This document shows positions 39,313 to 50,528 of a stretch of DNA of 64,000 nucleotides, piece by piece (position 1 is the stretch's first letter; each line of letters begins with the position of its first letter). The notes below the pieces were generated by a model that worked only from the letters and a program-made list of their open reading frames with translations, had not been told where the DNA came from and made no database searches. The DNA comes from Candidatus Multivoradales bacterium (GTDB lineage Bacteria > Acidobacteriota > Thermoanaerobaculia > Multivoradales > Multivoraceae): contig CBDCWI010000002.1 in NCBI GenBank assembly GCA_965223325.1, positions 4,000,001 to 4,064,000 of the forward strand, written 5' to 3'. Both the position numbers and the translations under genes were made by a program.

Positions 39313-42177
39313 ATGAAGTCTTCCTCCTCCAAGGCGCCGCGACGCGCGAAGCCCAGAAAGCCTGCCACCTCGGCCGAGCCCGCGGTGCGGGTGACGGCCG
39401 CTTCGACCCACAATCTCAAAGCGGTGACCTGTCGCATGCCGCACGGCAAGCTGACGGTGGTGACCGGGCCGTCGGGGGCCGGTAAGTCGTCGCTGGCCTT
39501 CGACACCGTCTACGCCGAGGCCCAACGGCGCTTCGTCGAGTCGATGTCGACCTACGCGCGCCAGTTCCTCGAGAAGATGGAGCGCCCTCCGGTTGAGGCG
39601 ATCGAAGGGGTTCTGCCGACCGTCGCGCTCGAGGCCAAGAACTCGGTCAAGAACGCGCGATCGACGGTGGGCACGATTACCGAAGTGCAGGACGTGCTAC
39701 GCCTTCTCTACGCCAACGTCGGTGTGACGTCATGCCCCGAAGGTCATGGACCAGCGCTGGATTTCACAACCGAGAGCCTCACCGAAGATCTCCTGGCGGG
39801 CGAAGTCACAAGCCGCTACATGCTGGTGACGAGGGTGGCGCGCCCCGATCGAGGTGCCGACGGTGCACTCGTCGAACTGGTCCGCCAGGGCTACGGTCGT
39901 GTTCTGGTCGAAGGTGCGCGGGGTGCCACGGTCGAGCGCATCGAAGAAGAGGGAGTGACCTGGCCGAAGAAACATGACCCGCTGCCGCTCGTCCTCGGTC
40001 GCTTCGGGACCGACCCCGACTCACGTGCCCGCCTGCAACAGGCGATCGATGACGCGTGGGGCCTCGGTGGGGGAGAGCTCGAAGTGCATCCGGTGGCGCG
40101 AGGCGACGAAGACCCAGGAAGTGTTCGGGTGTTTCGCCGTGGGTTGTCGTGCCCGGTATGCGCGCGCTCGTTCAGGCGTCCGGTGGCGGCGTTGTTTTCG
40201 TTCAACTCCCCGCTCGGTGCGTGCGACGAATGCCAGGGTTTCGGGCGGGTGATGGGAATCGATCACGGCCGGGTGATCCCGGACGTGTCCAGGTCGCTCG
40301 CCGAACGCCCGATTGCCCCCTGGAACTCGCCCGCCTACGAGGAGCTCTACGACGGACTGCTTGTGGCTGCTGAAAAGGCCAGGATTCCGACCGGGCTGCC
40401 GGTCAGCGAGTTCAACGAAGAACAGGTGGCTTGGCTATGGTACGGCGATGGCTTCACCAACCTCGGCCGCTTCTTCGCCTGGCTCGAGCGCCGCATCTAC
40501 AAGATGCATGTACGCATTCTGCTTTCGCGCTACCGCGCCTACACGCCCTGCCCGACCTGCGAAGGTTCACGCCTGGTTCCCGAGGCGAGCTGGGTAACAC
40601 TAAAGGGAGAACGGATCGATCAGCTCCAGGCGCGACCGATCGCGGTATTGCGCGACTGGTTGGCGGCCCAGGAATGGAGCGAACGCGAGCGTCGCCTCGC
40701 CGGTCCACTTCTAGAGCAACTCGAGGAGCGGGTCGACGTTCTCTATCGTGTGGGTCTCGGCTACCTGACCCTCAATCGCCAGGCGCGCACGTTGTCGGGT
40801 GGTGAAACGCAGCGCATTCACCTCGCCGCCGCCCTCGGTTCAGGCTTGACCAGCACCATGTATGTGCTCGACGAACCAACGGTCGGCCTGCACGCTGAAG
40901 ACAGTGCGGCGCTCTTGGCACTGCTTCAGGACCTGGCGGCGCGCGGCAACACGGTGGTAGTGGTCGAGCACGATCCGGTCCTGGTGCGAGGCGCCGACTG
41001 GCTCATCGACCTCGGTCCGCGCGCCGGCGAGCACGGCGGCGAGCTGATGGCCGAGGGTGATCCGCAAGACGTTCTGCGCCACGAGTCGTCGTTGACGGCG
41101 CGCTTTCTCGGCCCGGATCGACCGCTTCTGGTTGCGGAAGATGGCCTCGGAGAAAAGCAGCTCGCTGGGTTGCCGCGGGTGGAGATCGTAGGTGCGAGGG
41201 AGAACAACCTCGATGACCTCACCGTCGCGTTTCCGCGCCAGGCCCTGGTTGCGGTCACCGGAGTCTCCGGCTCTGGCAAGTCGACCCTCATCAACCAGGT
41301 CCTGTATGCCAACGTGCAGCGCAGTCGGGGAGTCGTGCAGGTCGATCCGGGCGCTGTTTCCGAGATCCGCGGCACTGACGAACTGCGCGATGTCGTACTG
41401 GTCGACCAGCGCCCGATCGGCCGTTCGAGTCGTTCGAACCCGGTCACCTACGTCAAGGCCTACGACGAAGTGCGCAAGATCTTCGCGGCGAGGCCTGCGG
41501 CAGTCGCGGCGGGCATTACTCCTGGTCACTTCTCGTTCAACGTCGACAAGGGGCGCTGCCCAGAATGCCAGGGCACCGGAACGACGGAGGTCGACATGCA
41601 CTTCATGGCCGCGGTCGAGGTGACCTGCGATTCCTGCAACGGTCGTCGCTTCAAGCCAGAAGTGCTACGCATCCAAGCAGAGGGCCTCACGATCGACCAG
41701 GCGCTCGAGTTGACCGTCGAGCAGGCGCTGTCTGTTTTTCGTGACAAGAGGCCGCTCGTCCGACGCCTCCAGCCTCTCGTGGACGCGGGGCTCTCCTATC
41801 TGCGACTCGGTCAGTCGACGGCCACCCTCTCGGGCGGCGAAGCGCAGCGCCTCAAGCTCGCGAGCTTCCTCGGCAAAGGTCGCGGCCGGCCGCCGGAGGG
41901 GCGCACCAACGAGACGCTCTTTCTCTTTGACGAACCAACCACCGGCCTTCACCTCGCCGACATCGACCAGCTCTACCGGACGCTCCGTCAGCTCACGGGG
42001 CGTGGCGATGGCGTCGTGGTCGTCGAGCACAGCCTGGAGTTGATCGCGCGCTGCGACTGGGTCGTCGATCTCGGACCTGGTGGCGGTTCAGATGGCGGCC
42101 GAGTGCTCTTCACTGGCCCGATGAAAGGGTTTCTGCGCAGCGAAGATTCGCCTACTGCGAGGGCGCTTCGCGCTTAG
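39313..42177 (+). CDS. uvrA: UvrA family excinuclease ABC subunit A paralog
   Basis: Start ATG 39313. [34 protein letters not shown] twice, GVSGSGKST, Zn-finger CxxC pairs. Confidence 0.88.
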   Translation: MKSSSSKAPRRAKPRKPATSAEPAVRVTAASTHNLKAVTCRMPHGKLTVVTGPSGAGKSSLAFDTVYAEAQRRFVESMSTYARQFLEKMERPPVEAIEGVLPTVALEAKNSVKNARSTVGTITEVQDVLRLLYANVGVTSCPEGHGPALDFTTESLTEDLLAGEVTSRYMLVTRVARPDRGADGALVELVRQGYGRVLVEGARGATVERIEEEGVTWPKKHDPLPLVLGRFGTDPDSRARLQQAIDDAWGLGGGELEVHPVARGDEDPGSVRVFRRGLSCPVCARSFRRPVAALFSFNSPLGACDECQGFGRVMGIDHGRVIPDVSRSLAERPIAPWNSPAYEELYDGLLVAAEKARIPTGLPVSEFNEEQVAWLWYGDGFTNLGRFFAWLERRIYKMHVRILLSRYRAYTPCPTCEGSRLVPEASWVTLKGERIDQLQARPIAVLRDWLAAQEWSERERRLAGPLLEQLEERVDVLYRVGLGYLTLNRQARTLSGGETQRIHLAAALGSGLTSTMYVLDEPTVGLHAEDSAALLALLQDLAARGNTVVVVEHDPVLVRGADWLIDLGPRAGEHGGELMAEGDPQDVLRHESSLTARFLGPDRPLLVAEDGLGEKQLAGLPRVEIVGARENNLDDLTVAFPRQALVAVTGVSGSGKSTLINQVLYANVQRSRGVVQVDPGAVSEIRGTDELRDVVLVDQRPIGRSSRSNPVTYVKAYDEVRKIFAARPAAVAAGITPGHFSFNVDKGRCPECQGTGTTEVDMHFMAAVEVTCDSCNGRRFKPEVLRIQAEGLTIDQALELTVEQALSVFRDKRPLVRRLQPLVDAGLSYLRLGQSTATLSGGEAQRLKLASFLGKGRGRPPEGRTNETLFLFDEPTTGLHLADIDQLYRTLRQLTGRGDGVVVVEHSLELIARCDWVVDLGPGGGSDGGRVLFTGPMKGFLRSEDSPTARALRA

Positions 42178-42280
42178 TACCTCGTACCATGGAAACGCAC
42201 AGCGTCTGAGCGTTCCTCGCCCTCGATCTCAGTGTTGTCACTCCTCGACAGATCACCGCGCTGGTCGTCGAGGTCGTGGC

Positions 42281-43876
42281 CTACTCGATGTAGCCCAGCG
42301 AGCGCAGCAGCTCGAGGTCCTCTTCGCTATTCGGCGCCGGTTGCGAGGTGGCGCGACGACTGCCGTGGCTGGCGACGGTGCGAACCGGGCGGAGCCGTCG
42401 GAGGGCGGGGCTCCAGAGATCGGTGCGGGCCGTCCCCACCGAATCTTCGGCGATTGGCAGGCCGAAGGCCCAGAGGACCGTCGAGGTGACGTCGTGAATG
42501 CTGATGCCTTCAAGCTCGGCCGAGGGGTCGATGTTTGGACCGCTGGCGATGAAGATTCCCTCGGTGTTCGCATCGTGGGTGCCGGAAAGCTCAGTGACGA
42601 TCGGTTCGAGATGCGAAGGCTCGCCATCGAAGAGGAGAGGCGGCACGACGTCGTCGGGTTGGACGCGCACCACCAGGTCGACCCCGTCTCGTACCTCGGG
42701 GCGCTTCGGAGGTCGCACCCAGAACACCGGCGCGCTGTTCGACCAGGTGAAACGGGCGAGCTCTTCGGTGAGGCGATTGTTGAGAGCCGTACGGGTTTCT
42801 TGGTCGGGCGCAGCCACGAAGCGCAGTTTCTGGAGCTGCTCGCTGGGGGCCGAGCCGTGAATCGTGAACCCAGGTGTGGCTTCGCCTTGACTTTGAAGCC
42901 CCAACTCCCGGAGCACCTGTGTGAAGTCGAGTTGTACGCGCGCTTCGACGTTTCGCATGGCCTTGAAGCCGTGATCGGAGAGCACGATCACGTCGCTTCG
43001 CTCTGGCGTGACCTCGAGCAGGTATCCCAGCGCCTGATCGACGGCTTCGTAGATCTCGGCCACTGGGTCCCCGTGGGCCTTCGCCTTCTCCGCGCTGATT
43101 CCAAATTTCTCGGGCTGGTGGTACTTCCATGAGTAGTGACTTTCGAGGTCGAGAAAACGGATGTAGACCGCCATCACCTGGAGCGACGGATCGCCCGAGA
43201 GCTCATGCGCCAAATGGACCATCAAACGATCGCGGGCTCCAACCCCCTCGGTCGGGAGCCTCAGCAGGTCATTGGCCATGGCGCGCTCGCTGATTTCCGG
43301 GAGCCGCACAGAGAGAGCTCCCGGTTGCGCGGTGTCGCGCTCGGTTTCGAGCGCCAGGTCGCTTACGATGATGCCGCTCTCGGGTTCGGCGGGCCAGGTT
43401 GCCCACCAGCCGAGGAAAGCCGCCCGGACCCCGCCGTCAGCCAGCAGGTTCCAGAGCGCCGGGGCCTGGCGATGCGTCGAGTTGACCGGAGTACCGTCGG
43501 CGGTCACGAAGCCGTCGATGCCATGGAGCTCGGGTCCCACTCCGGTCGCCATCGTCGTCCAGATGATCGGCGACTTCCCGTAGTCGGTGGCCAGCCGCGC
43601 CGACACGCCCGCGTCAGCCAAGGCACGCAGGTGGGGAAGGCGTTCCTCGGCCCAGAGCCGCTCGATGACGCCCCAGTCGCCGCCGTCGATCCCGACGAGG
43701 AGCAGGCGCTGGGGCTCCGGCGAGGGTGGGTCGTCGGTGCAGGAAATCGCCAAGAGAGCGACCATGAGGGCAGCAGCCAAAAGCTTGCTCAGGCTGAATC
43801 GAGAGTTGGGCAAAGCGGGCTTCCTCTGCGGTCGCGCTGGCCTACAGGTCGGGGTCTGGAAGGGTGTCGAAGGCAT
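42281..43876 (-). CDS. Alkaline phosphatase superfamily / phosphodiesterase-like lipoprotein
   Basis: LAISC lipobox, LVGIDGGDW, SPIIWTTMATG, SDHGF, GTH, ends LRSLGYIE. Start is uncertain. Confidence 0.8.
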   Translation of the reverse strand: MPSTPFQTPTCRPARPQRKPALPNSRFSLSKLLAAALMVALLAISCTDDPPSPEPQRLLLVGIDGGDWGVIERLWAEERLPHLRALADAGVSARLATDYGKSPIIWTTMATGVGPELHGIDGFVTADGTPVNSTHRQAPALWNLLADGGVRAAFLGWWATWPAEPESGIIVSDLALETERDTAQPGALSVRLPEISERAMANDLLRLPTEGVGARDRLMVHLAHELSGDPSLQVMAVYIRFLDLESHYSWKYHQPEKFGISAEKAKAHGDPVAEIYEAVDQALGYLLEVTPERSDVIVLSDHGFKAMRNVEARVQLDFTQVLRELGLQSQGEATPGFTIHGSAPSEQLQKLRFVAAPDQETRTALNNRLTEELARFTWSNSAPVFWVRPPKRPEVRDGVDLVVRVQPDDVVPPLLFDGEPSHLEPIVTELSGTHDANTEGIFIASGPNIDPSAELEGISIHDVTSTVLWAFGLPIAEDSVGTARTDLWSPALRRLRPVRTVASHGSRRATSQPAPNSEEDLELLRSLGYIE

Positions 43877-44111
43877 CTTCCATCCTTTCGCAGTTCCCTG
43901 CCAAAGTCGCCTCAGGGCAGTGCCTTACGGCGATCGCTGATGGTGGGAATGCAGCGGGTGGATGCGGCGTTCTGGCGGGTGGCTTGCCGTGAGGGCTCCG
44001 GAAAGAGAGAATCCTCGGATCGGAGAACTGGAACAGCGGCTCCAGGCTTGCGTTCTAGTCCAGTCGGACCCCCTCCGCCGATCACCCAGAAGCCAGCTCA
44101 GGAAGCATCCC

Positions 44112-45125
44112 ATGACAGACATCGCCCACTCCGATCCAACCGTGAGCAAGCAGGTTGCGCAACCGAGCGCGGCCCGCGAACGGCCCCAGCCTGGTTGGCG
44201 ACGGCTGGTCGGACACCTGGGTGGTGCTTTTCTCGGAGGGGTGTTGCTGGTCGCCGCCTTTACCAAGGCCATCCATCCGATCGCTTTCACCGAGCAGATT
44301 CAGGCTGAGGGGCTCGACTTTCTCCTGCCAGCTGGACTGCTGACGATGATTGCCCTGGCGCTCGAGGCCGGGCTCGGTAGCGCCCTATTGCTCGGCGTGC
44401 GTCGGCTGTGGACCCTCCTTCCCACCGCCGGCCTGGTGGTCTTCTTCCTATTCTTGACCGGCCGCACCTACTGGCGAGACCTCAATGGCATCGTCGCCGA
44501 CGAAGGCCATGGCTGCGGGTGCTTCGGCAATCTGGTGGAACGTACGCCGGCCGAGGCGTTCTGGCAGGACCTCTTCCTGATGGTGCCAGCCCTTCTTCTG
44601 GCTTTCATTGGCTGGCGTTTGACCCAGAGTCGGCCGTGGATTCGAATGGCGGTGGTGACCCTCTTCACCATTGGCACCCTCGTCCTGGCGTTCAAGGCTC
44701 CTGAGCTGCCGCTCGACGACCTGGCAACACGCATGAAGCCCGGTGTCGAGCTCGAGTCGATCTGTGGTGGCACCGGAGACAGCCGTCTGTGCCTGCCGAC
44801 GGTGGCCCCAGAGTTGTCGGAGGGCGAACACCTGGTGGTGATCGCCGACCTTGCTGACGAGTCGTTCGGCGAGCGCGTGGGTTCGCTCAACCAGTATCTG
44901 CAACTCGGTGAAAGCGTCATGGTTCTGGCCGATGTCACCCCCGAAGACCAGAACACCTTCTTCTGGAGCTACGGCCCGGCGTTCGAAATCCGCGAGACAC
45001 CGGCCGCGCTTCTTGAGCCGCTCTATCGTGAGTTGCCGCGGTCGTTCAAGGTCAAGGACGGAGTGGTCACCCGAACCTGGGCCGGCCTACCGCCGCTCCC
45101 CGAACCGGCGGCCGATCCCTTTTGA
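44112..45125 (+). CDS. MauE/DoxX family membrane protein
   Basis: Start ATG 44112. TM helices and CGCFG motif. Confidence 0.8.
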   Translation: MTDIAHSDPTVSKQVAQPSAARERPQPGWRRLVGHLGGAFLGGVLLVAAFTKAIHPIAFTEQIQAEGLDFLLPAGLLTMIALALEAGLGSALLLGVRRLWTLLPTAGLVVFFLFLTGRTYWRDLNGIVADEGHGCGCFGNLVERTPAEAFWQDLFLMVPALLLAFIGWRLTQSRPWIRMAVVTLFTIGTLVLAFKAPELPLDDLATRMKPGVELESICGGTGDSRLCLPTVAPELSEGEHLVVIADLADESFGERVGSLNQYLQLGESVMVLADVTPEDQNTFFWSYGPAFEIRETPAALLEPLYRELPRSFKVKDGVVTRTWAGLPPLPEPAADPF

Positions 45126-45197
45126 TTCACCTCAATTCTTCTGAACCGACACACCTTTCGTCACCCTCGAAACTCGATTCACCTCCCGGAGGCTTCC

Positions 45198-46004
45198 ATG
45201 CGTTGCACCCTTTTCCTTCTTCGTACTGTTCTTGTCGGTGCTCTGTTCGCAGCGGTAACCGCCACCGCGAGCATCGCGCAGGCCGATTCGACCTTCAGCG
45301 ACTTCCGCCTCGAGGAGAACTTCCAGCTCAAGATCGACGGCGTGGCTGACCCGAAAGCCGAGATCTACCGCAACCGCTTGCCGGCATTCCTGATTCTCAG
45401 TCGCAGCCTCCCCGACCCGGTTCTGGTGGTACCGCGCGGCGCCTCGGTGCAGAAGGTCAACCTGATGAAGATCTCCAAGCAGGACACCGGCGCCATCGAT
45501 CTGCTCGCCGACGCGGCGCTCGAACGTCTCGGATCGATCGAGATTGACGGCACCGGGATCCGTTTCAGTGCTTTCGACAAAGCGATGGAGCTGGGCGAGA
45601 AACCGCCTCTCTTGGGTGACCAGACCATCGCGGGTCTGACCGGTTACTCCGAGAACTACCAGACCCTGATGGACGCCTACAAGCCGAATGCCGAGTCGCT
45701 GGCGGCCCTGCGGCAGGAGAAAGGCATCACGGCGGTCATCTACTTCGGTACCTGGTGCCCCTTCTGTGGCCGCTATGTGCCGCGCATGATGCAGGTTGCG
45801 AACCAGCTCGGCGACAGCGGCGCCCAGATCGAGTTCTACGGTCTGCCTGGTCAGATCTCGAACGACGCGCGTGCCAAGGCCGCCAAGGTCAACGGCGTTC
45901 CGACGGGTATCGTCTATCGCGACGGCAAGGAGATCGGTCGTCTCGAAGGTGACGCCTGGACGTCACCGGAGAGGTCGCTGCTCAAAGTGATCCGCGGCGA
46001 CTAG
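45198..46004 (+). CDS. Exported thioredoxin-fold protein
   Basis: Signal peptide, GTWCPFC, GVPT cis-Pro loop; GGAGG SD. Confidence 0.85.
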   Translation: MRCTLFLLRTVLVGALFAAVTATASIAQADSTFSDFRLEENFQLKIDGVADPKAEIYRNRLPAFLILSRSLPDPVLVVPRGASVQKVNLMKISKQDTGAIDLLADAALERLGSIEIDGTGIRFSAFDKAMELGEKPPLLGDQTIAGLTGYSENYQTLMDAYKPNAESLAALRQEKGITAVIYFGTWCPFCGRYVPRMMQVANQLGDSGAQIEFYGLPGQISNDARAKAAKVNGVPTGIVYRDGKEIGRLEGDAWTSPERSLLKVIRGD

Positions 46005-46016
46005 GTACCGCTTCTC

Positions 46017-46853
46017 TCACGGCCCGGTGGCCAGCGGACGCTGCGAGTCGGCGATCCATTCGCTCCACGAGCCCACGTACAGGCGCGGCATTGGAAGCCC
46101 GGCATGTTCCATGGCGAGGGCGAGGTGCGCGGCGGTGACGCCTGAGCCGCAGTAGACCGTTGCGGGATCGGTTTCGTTCTCCGCTACACCTTCGAAGTGG
46201 TTCTTCAGTGTGAACGGAGAACGCATGTAGCCCTCCGCGTCGAGGCTGCGTTTGAAGGGCATCGACTGGGCGCCGGGAATGTGCCCGGCGACTTTGTCGA
46301 TCGGTTCGGTCTCGCCGCGAAAGCGCTCGGGAGCGCGGGCGTCGAAGAGCTGGCCACGAGACCCGGCCAGCGCCGCATCCGCGGCAGTCGCCACCATGCC
46401 GGGCTGCGGGTTGGCGGTGAAGGTGAGCGGAGCGAGCGTCACGGAGCCGCGCTCGAGCGGCAGACCGCGGTCTGTCCAGCCCTTGAAACCACCGTCGAGC
46501 ATGCGCACCGGCTCGTGACCCAGCCAGCGTAGGAGCCACCACAGACGCGCCGCGATCGCACCGCCCATATCGTCGTAAACCACCACACCGCTGCTGTCGC
46601 CGATGCCGAGCTCGCCTAGCCGGTTGGCAAGGACGCCAGGGTCTGGCAGCGGGTGACGCCCGGAGCCTTCCGTCAGCGGGCCTGAGAGGTCCTCGTCGAG
46701 GTGCGCGTAGATCGCACCTGGAAGGTGACCTTCGAGGTACTTCTGTCGGCCGGCGCCGGGGTCGGCGAGCGAGAAGCGGCAGTCGACGACCACCAGGTTC
46801 GGGTCTTCGATGCGGTCGGCGAGAGACGGCATGTCGATCAACACTTTTCCCAT
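46017..46853 (-). CDS. sseA: Two-domain rhodanese / 3-mercaptopyruvate sulfurtransferase
   Basis: GHLPGA, GRHPLP, ARLWWLL, LDGG, DAR..ERFRGE, YCGSGVTA, LYVGSWSEW. Confidence 0.88.
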   Translation of the reverse strand: MGKVLIDMPSLADRIEDPNLVVVDCRFSLADPGAGRQKYLEGHLPGAIYAHLDEDLSGPLTEGSGRHPLPDPGVLANRLGELGIGDSSGVVVYDDMGGAIAARLWWLLRWLGHEPVRMLDGGFKGWTDRGLPLERGSVTLAPLTFTANPQPGMVATAADAALAGSRGQLFDARAPERFRGETEPIDKVAGHIPGAQSMPFKRSLDAEGYMRSPFTLKNHFEGVAENETDPATVYCGSGVTAAHLALAMEHAGLPMPRLYVGSWSEWIADSQRPLATGP

Positions 46854-46901
46854 GTCTCGATTGTCGCATGCACGACGCGAAGTCGTCGCTTCGGAGGGAC
46901 G

Positions 46902-48137
46902 TTAGTCCCGCGCGTAGAGTTCGAGCGGGTCGCGCCCGCCGTTCTTCCACGTCACGTCGACGGCTTGTAGCTCGCCCGGAGCCGCGAGATGGGTTGCGCC
47001 AAGCGCGGTCAAGTGGCTTTCGATGTCGCGCCGAAGTGTTGGTGAGTCGGAACAAACGACGGCTCCCTGGAGGTGATCTCCCCATGAGGCAAGAGTTTGG
47101 ATGATGGACCGGGTGGTGGCGGCGACAGGGTGAACGCGCACGCACCGTGCCCCAGGCGACGGCCTGGGTGCACTGCCGGCGGTGCTTACGATGACCGCGC
47201 CGGGACCGATGACACCCGGCTCGACCCATGACGTCTTCTCGCCTTGTAGCGCGCTGCTCGAGATTTCGATGCGCGCGCGACTGGCTTCTGCCAGTTCGAG
47301 CCGGCGCGGCGGAAGGCGCTTGGAAACGCCGCGTAGCGCTTCTGAGAGCACACGAGCCAGCGCCTCCGGTCGATCGCTTGCAATCCACTGCAGCGACAGG
47401 CAGCCACCCTGATCGAAGAGTGCGATATCGGCCGCCAGGCCTTCGGCGACCCGGGTATCTTCGTTGGCCGAACCGAGGATGACGGCGATCGAGATGCGGG
47501 GGCCGAAGGCGGTGAGGTTTCCGGACAAGGCCTCCCAGTCGGCGATGGCGCGCTCTCCGCCGTAGACGATGACCCGGGCGACCGCTCGTAGAGCGGCCTG
47601 GGCCAGGTCCTTTCGAGTGGAGGGCCAGGTGACGGCGGCTAGCGCGTCGCCCAGCCCCGGTGCGTGAAACACCAGGCGCTCGACCAGAGTCTTGGCGAAC
47701 AGCGGTTCACGCTCTGAAGAGCGTAGAAGGAGCGGTCGCCTGGCTGCCAAAGCAGGCAGCACACACTGAGTGGCGAGGCCGACGGGAGTCGCGGCGAGGT
47801 TGACCAGGAAGGGTCGACGGTTCGCTTTCTCGAGAGAGTCGGCACGCTCGAGCAGACTCCCGAGAACTGAAGGAGCTGCCCCCTGCAAGATCACGTCGAG
47901 CGAAGCGCGCACCGTGTCCGGGTGTGCCTGCCAGTTCCGGGCGACCTCTTCGACCATGCCTTCTGCCAGCCCGCTTCTTCCATCGCTGAGCTCCGCCCAG
48001 GTCGCGCTCCAGGCGCGCGCGAGATCGTCGTTTGAACAGGCAGCGAGGGCAGGCGAACCCCGAGTCTCGAGGTGTTGGCACAGAGAAGTCACTTCGGCGC
48101 CGGTGGGCTGTGGGTAAAGCAGCGTCATCGTGATCAC
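46902..48137 (-). CDS. LuxC-like acyl-CoA/acyl-protein reductase
   Basis: ALDH-like fold (VIVYGG, FGPRISIAV), DIALFDQGGCLS with the catalytic Cys; start overlaps the luxE-like stop. Confidence 0.75.
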   Translation of the reverse strand: MITMTLLYPQPTGAEVTSLCQHLETRGSPALAACSNDDLARAWSATWAELSDGRSGLAEGMVEEVARNWQAHPDTVRASLDVILQGAAPSVLGSLLERADSLEKANRRPFLVNLAATPVGLATQCVLPALAARRPLLLRSSEREPLFAKTLVERLVFHAPGLGDALAAVTWPSTRKDLAQAALRAVARVIVYGGERAIADWEALSGNLTAFGPRISIAVILGSANEDTRVAEGLAADIALFDQGGCLSLQWIASDRPEALARVLSEALRGVSKRLPPRRLELAEASRARIEISSSALQGEKTSWVEPGVIGPGAVIVSTAGSAPRPSPGARCVRVHPVAATTRSIIQTLASWGDHLQGAVVCSDSPTLRRDIESHLTALGATHLAAPGELQAVDVTWKNGGRDPLELYARD

Positions 48138-49228
48138 GCCCCGAAGTCCTCGCCGGCCGCGACGAACTCCTCAGCGCTCAGGCTGCAACCGCGAAGCGGC
48201 GACCCTTCGACTCTCCCGAGCAGTCGAAAGCCGGGCCCCTCTGAAACACCCAGGTCTTCCGACAAGACAGCCAGGGACGAGCCAACATTCCCGAGGTCGA
48301 AGAAGGAAAGCACTCCTGGCTCACCATCCGGACAGACCGACATGTCGCGCGGGTCGAGAACCCTGACGCGCATCCACGGCGGCGGAAACAGAAGGTCAGG
48401 ATCGCCACCAGAGAGCACACGGCTGTAGCACTGGCTCGAGAGCTCGCTCATCCCGTACTCGCGCACGATGCGCTCCGCCGGGACATCGAGGCGCTCCATG
48501 ACCAGGTCCACCAGGTCGCTGCGGGTGACCTCGCGAGTGCGCCCCTTGAAACCGCCGGTCTCGAAGATCACGCTTCCCGGTGCCAGCTGAAGAGTGCGCG
48601 GGAGCTGATCGAGAAGCTCGAGAAGCGCAAAGGCGGTAGAGAAGATCAGGGCCGGCCGTGCCGCGGCCTCTTGGGTTTCGAGCCACCGCAAGGCCGCTTT
48701 GGCGTCGAGCCCGTCGGCACCCAGGACCCAGCTCACGTTCTGCCCGGGAAGTGCGGCGAGTGTATGTGAAGCCATGTAAGACAGGCTCGAGTCAGAAAGA
48801 AGTGCAGCAGAGGGTACGAGCGACAAAACCGAGAAAGGATTCTCGGTCGGCGGCACACACGAGGGTTCGAACGACGCATCGAGAATCGCCTCGTAGAGCT
48901 CCGGAAAAGGCACGTGATGCTGGCTGCGAGACGTCTTGCCCCGCGTCGTGCCGCTCGATCGGAAAACGGCCGCCGCCGGTGCTGCGGCCAACACCTCGGT
49001 TGCGAAACAGCGCGTTGGAACCGGCGGTGCGCGCCGCCAGTCGAGGTCTAGCTCGTGCGGGTCAAGCCCGGCGCTCGCCCAGAGTCGTCTGAGTGGCTCG
49101 ACTCTCGGAACCTGCCAGGTCAGCGCACGGCCGGCGAGCTCGTCGAAGGTCTCGGCGCGGTCCAGCGGCTCGAGCGCGTCGCACTCGCGCACGAAGCGCA
49201 GAATGTCCGACAGGATGGGTGGGTGCAC
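48134..49228 (-). CDS. LuxE-like acyl-protein synthetase
   Basis: FRSSGTT, SSLSYM, ETGGFKGR, EYGMSELSSQCY, SEDLG, LLGR..LRGCSL. Confidence 0.85.
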   Translation of the reverse strand: MHPPILSDILRFVRECDALEPLDRAETFDELAGRALTWQVPRVEPLRRLWASAGLDPHELDLDWRRAPPVPTRCFATEVLAAAPAAAVFRSSGTTRGKTSRSQHHVPFPELYEAILDASFEPSCVPPTENPFSVLSLVPSAALLSDSSLSYMASHTLAALPGQNVSWVLGADGLDAKAALRWLETQEAAARPALIFSTAFALLELLDQLPRTLQLAPGSVIFETGGFKGRTREVTRSDLVDLVMERLDVPAERIVREYGMSELSSQCYSRVLSGGDPDLLFPPPWMRVRVLDPRDMSVCPDGEPGVLSFFDLGNVGSSLAVLSEDLGVSEGPGFRLLGRVEGSPLRGCSLSAEEFVAAGEDFGA

Positions 49229-49401
49229 GCGCTGAGAATATCCCGCTGCCGGCCCAGGTCGATGGCACCGACTGGTCGGGTAGGTAGCGCCTGGCCGCCG
49301 GGATCGCAGGCCAAGGAGTCGTCAAAGGCTATCTATACAATCCCGCCACCTCGCCCTTCGTTTCCTTCGGCTGCCACGGTAAGAACCACGGAGACTCACC
49401 T

Positions 49402-50409
49402 ATGCCGGCCACTCCTACCAGAGACCCCGAAGTCCGCTTTCGCGATCAAGAGATCACCCTCGAAGGTGGGCAACCGGGGCGCAATGTCGAGATCGACTCG
49501 GCGTCGCCACTGAATTACTACCAGGCCATCACCAAGCCCGACGAGGTGCCTCTGACCCGGATCGACGGCAAACTGTTCTTGCCAACTGGCACCGCAGCCG
49601 GCGAAGCGCTGCCGGTGATCATCGTCGCGCCTGGGAGCCTTGGCGTCGGTGACAGCCACCTGCAGCACGCCAACACTTTTCTGAAGATGGGGCTTGCGGC
49701 CTTCGTGCTCGACAGTTTCGGGGCCCGCAGCGTCACCTCGACGGTCGCCAACCAGACCCAGTTCTCTTTCGCGGCCTCCGCCTTCGATGTGCTGGCGGCC
49801 TACAGGGCGCTCGCATCGCTGCCCGAGATCGACGGCTCTCGTATTGGCGCCCAGGGGCATAGCCGGGGTGGGACCGCGGTCTTGATGGCGTCTACCAGGC
49901 GGTTCGCCGATGCTGTGGCCGGTGAAGACGCTGGCCTGTGTGCGGTGCTGGCTGCCTATCCCTGGTGTGGGCATCAGTTTCTCGATCCGCGAGTGGGAGA
50001 TACCGTTGTCCATGTCCTGATGGGCGATGCCGACGACTGGTGCTCACCGATGCAGGCGCAGGGACATTGCCAGGCGGTGCGCTTGACGGGCGGCCAGGCC
50101 ACCATGAAGCTGGTCAAAGATGCGCAGCACAGCTTTGATCGCGAGTCGCCAGTGGTCGTCGTGGCAGACGGCAAGGTGTCCCCGGCTGCCCCCACGGCAT
50201 ACATCGCCGACGACGGAGCCTTTCTGCACCCGCTGGAGGACACGCCCGATCCTCAACTGGTCGACCGCGATTTGATGGTCTACGCCCTCAAGGCCGGCTA
50301 CGGCAGAACCGATCCGCGGATCGGTAGCGTCCCTGGTGAGCCTGAACGGTTCCGCAACGAGATGACGTCGTTCTGGCGCAAGGTGCTTGAAGCTCAAAGC
50401 CTGCGATGA
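49402..50409 (+). CDS. Dienelactone hydrolase-like alpha/beta hydrolase
   Basis: GHSRGG nucleophile elbow, GDADDW, HSFD. Confidence 0.82.
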   Translation: MPATPTRDPEVRFRDQEITLEGGQPGRNVEIDSASPLNYYQAITKPDEVPLTRIDGKLFLPTGTAAGEALPVIIVAPGSLGVGDSHLQHANTFLKMGLAAFVLDSFGARSVTSTVANQTQFSFAASAFDVLAAYRALASLPEIDGSRIGAQGHSRGGTAVLMASTRRFADAVAGEDAGLCAVLAAYPWCGHQFLDPRVGDTVVHVLMGDADDWCSPMQAQGHCQAVRLTGGQATMKLVKDAQHSFDRESPVVVVADGKVSPAAPTAYIADDGAFLHPLEDTPDPQLVDRDLMVYALKAGYGRTDPRIGSVPGEPERFRNEMTSFWRKVLEAQSLR

Positions 50410-50528
50410 GTCGAGAGGACTAGCAGGCCGCGCGCTCGATGATGAGCTCAGCATCACCCTCGCGCTGGGTGCACCACATCTGGACCCACGGCTCAAACTC
50501 AGCCACACGAAACTCCTGCCACGGAGCG

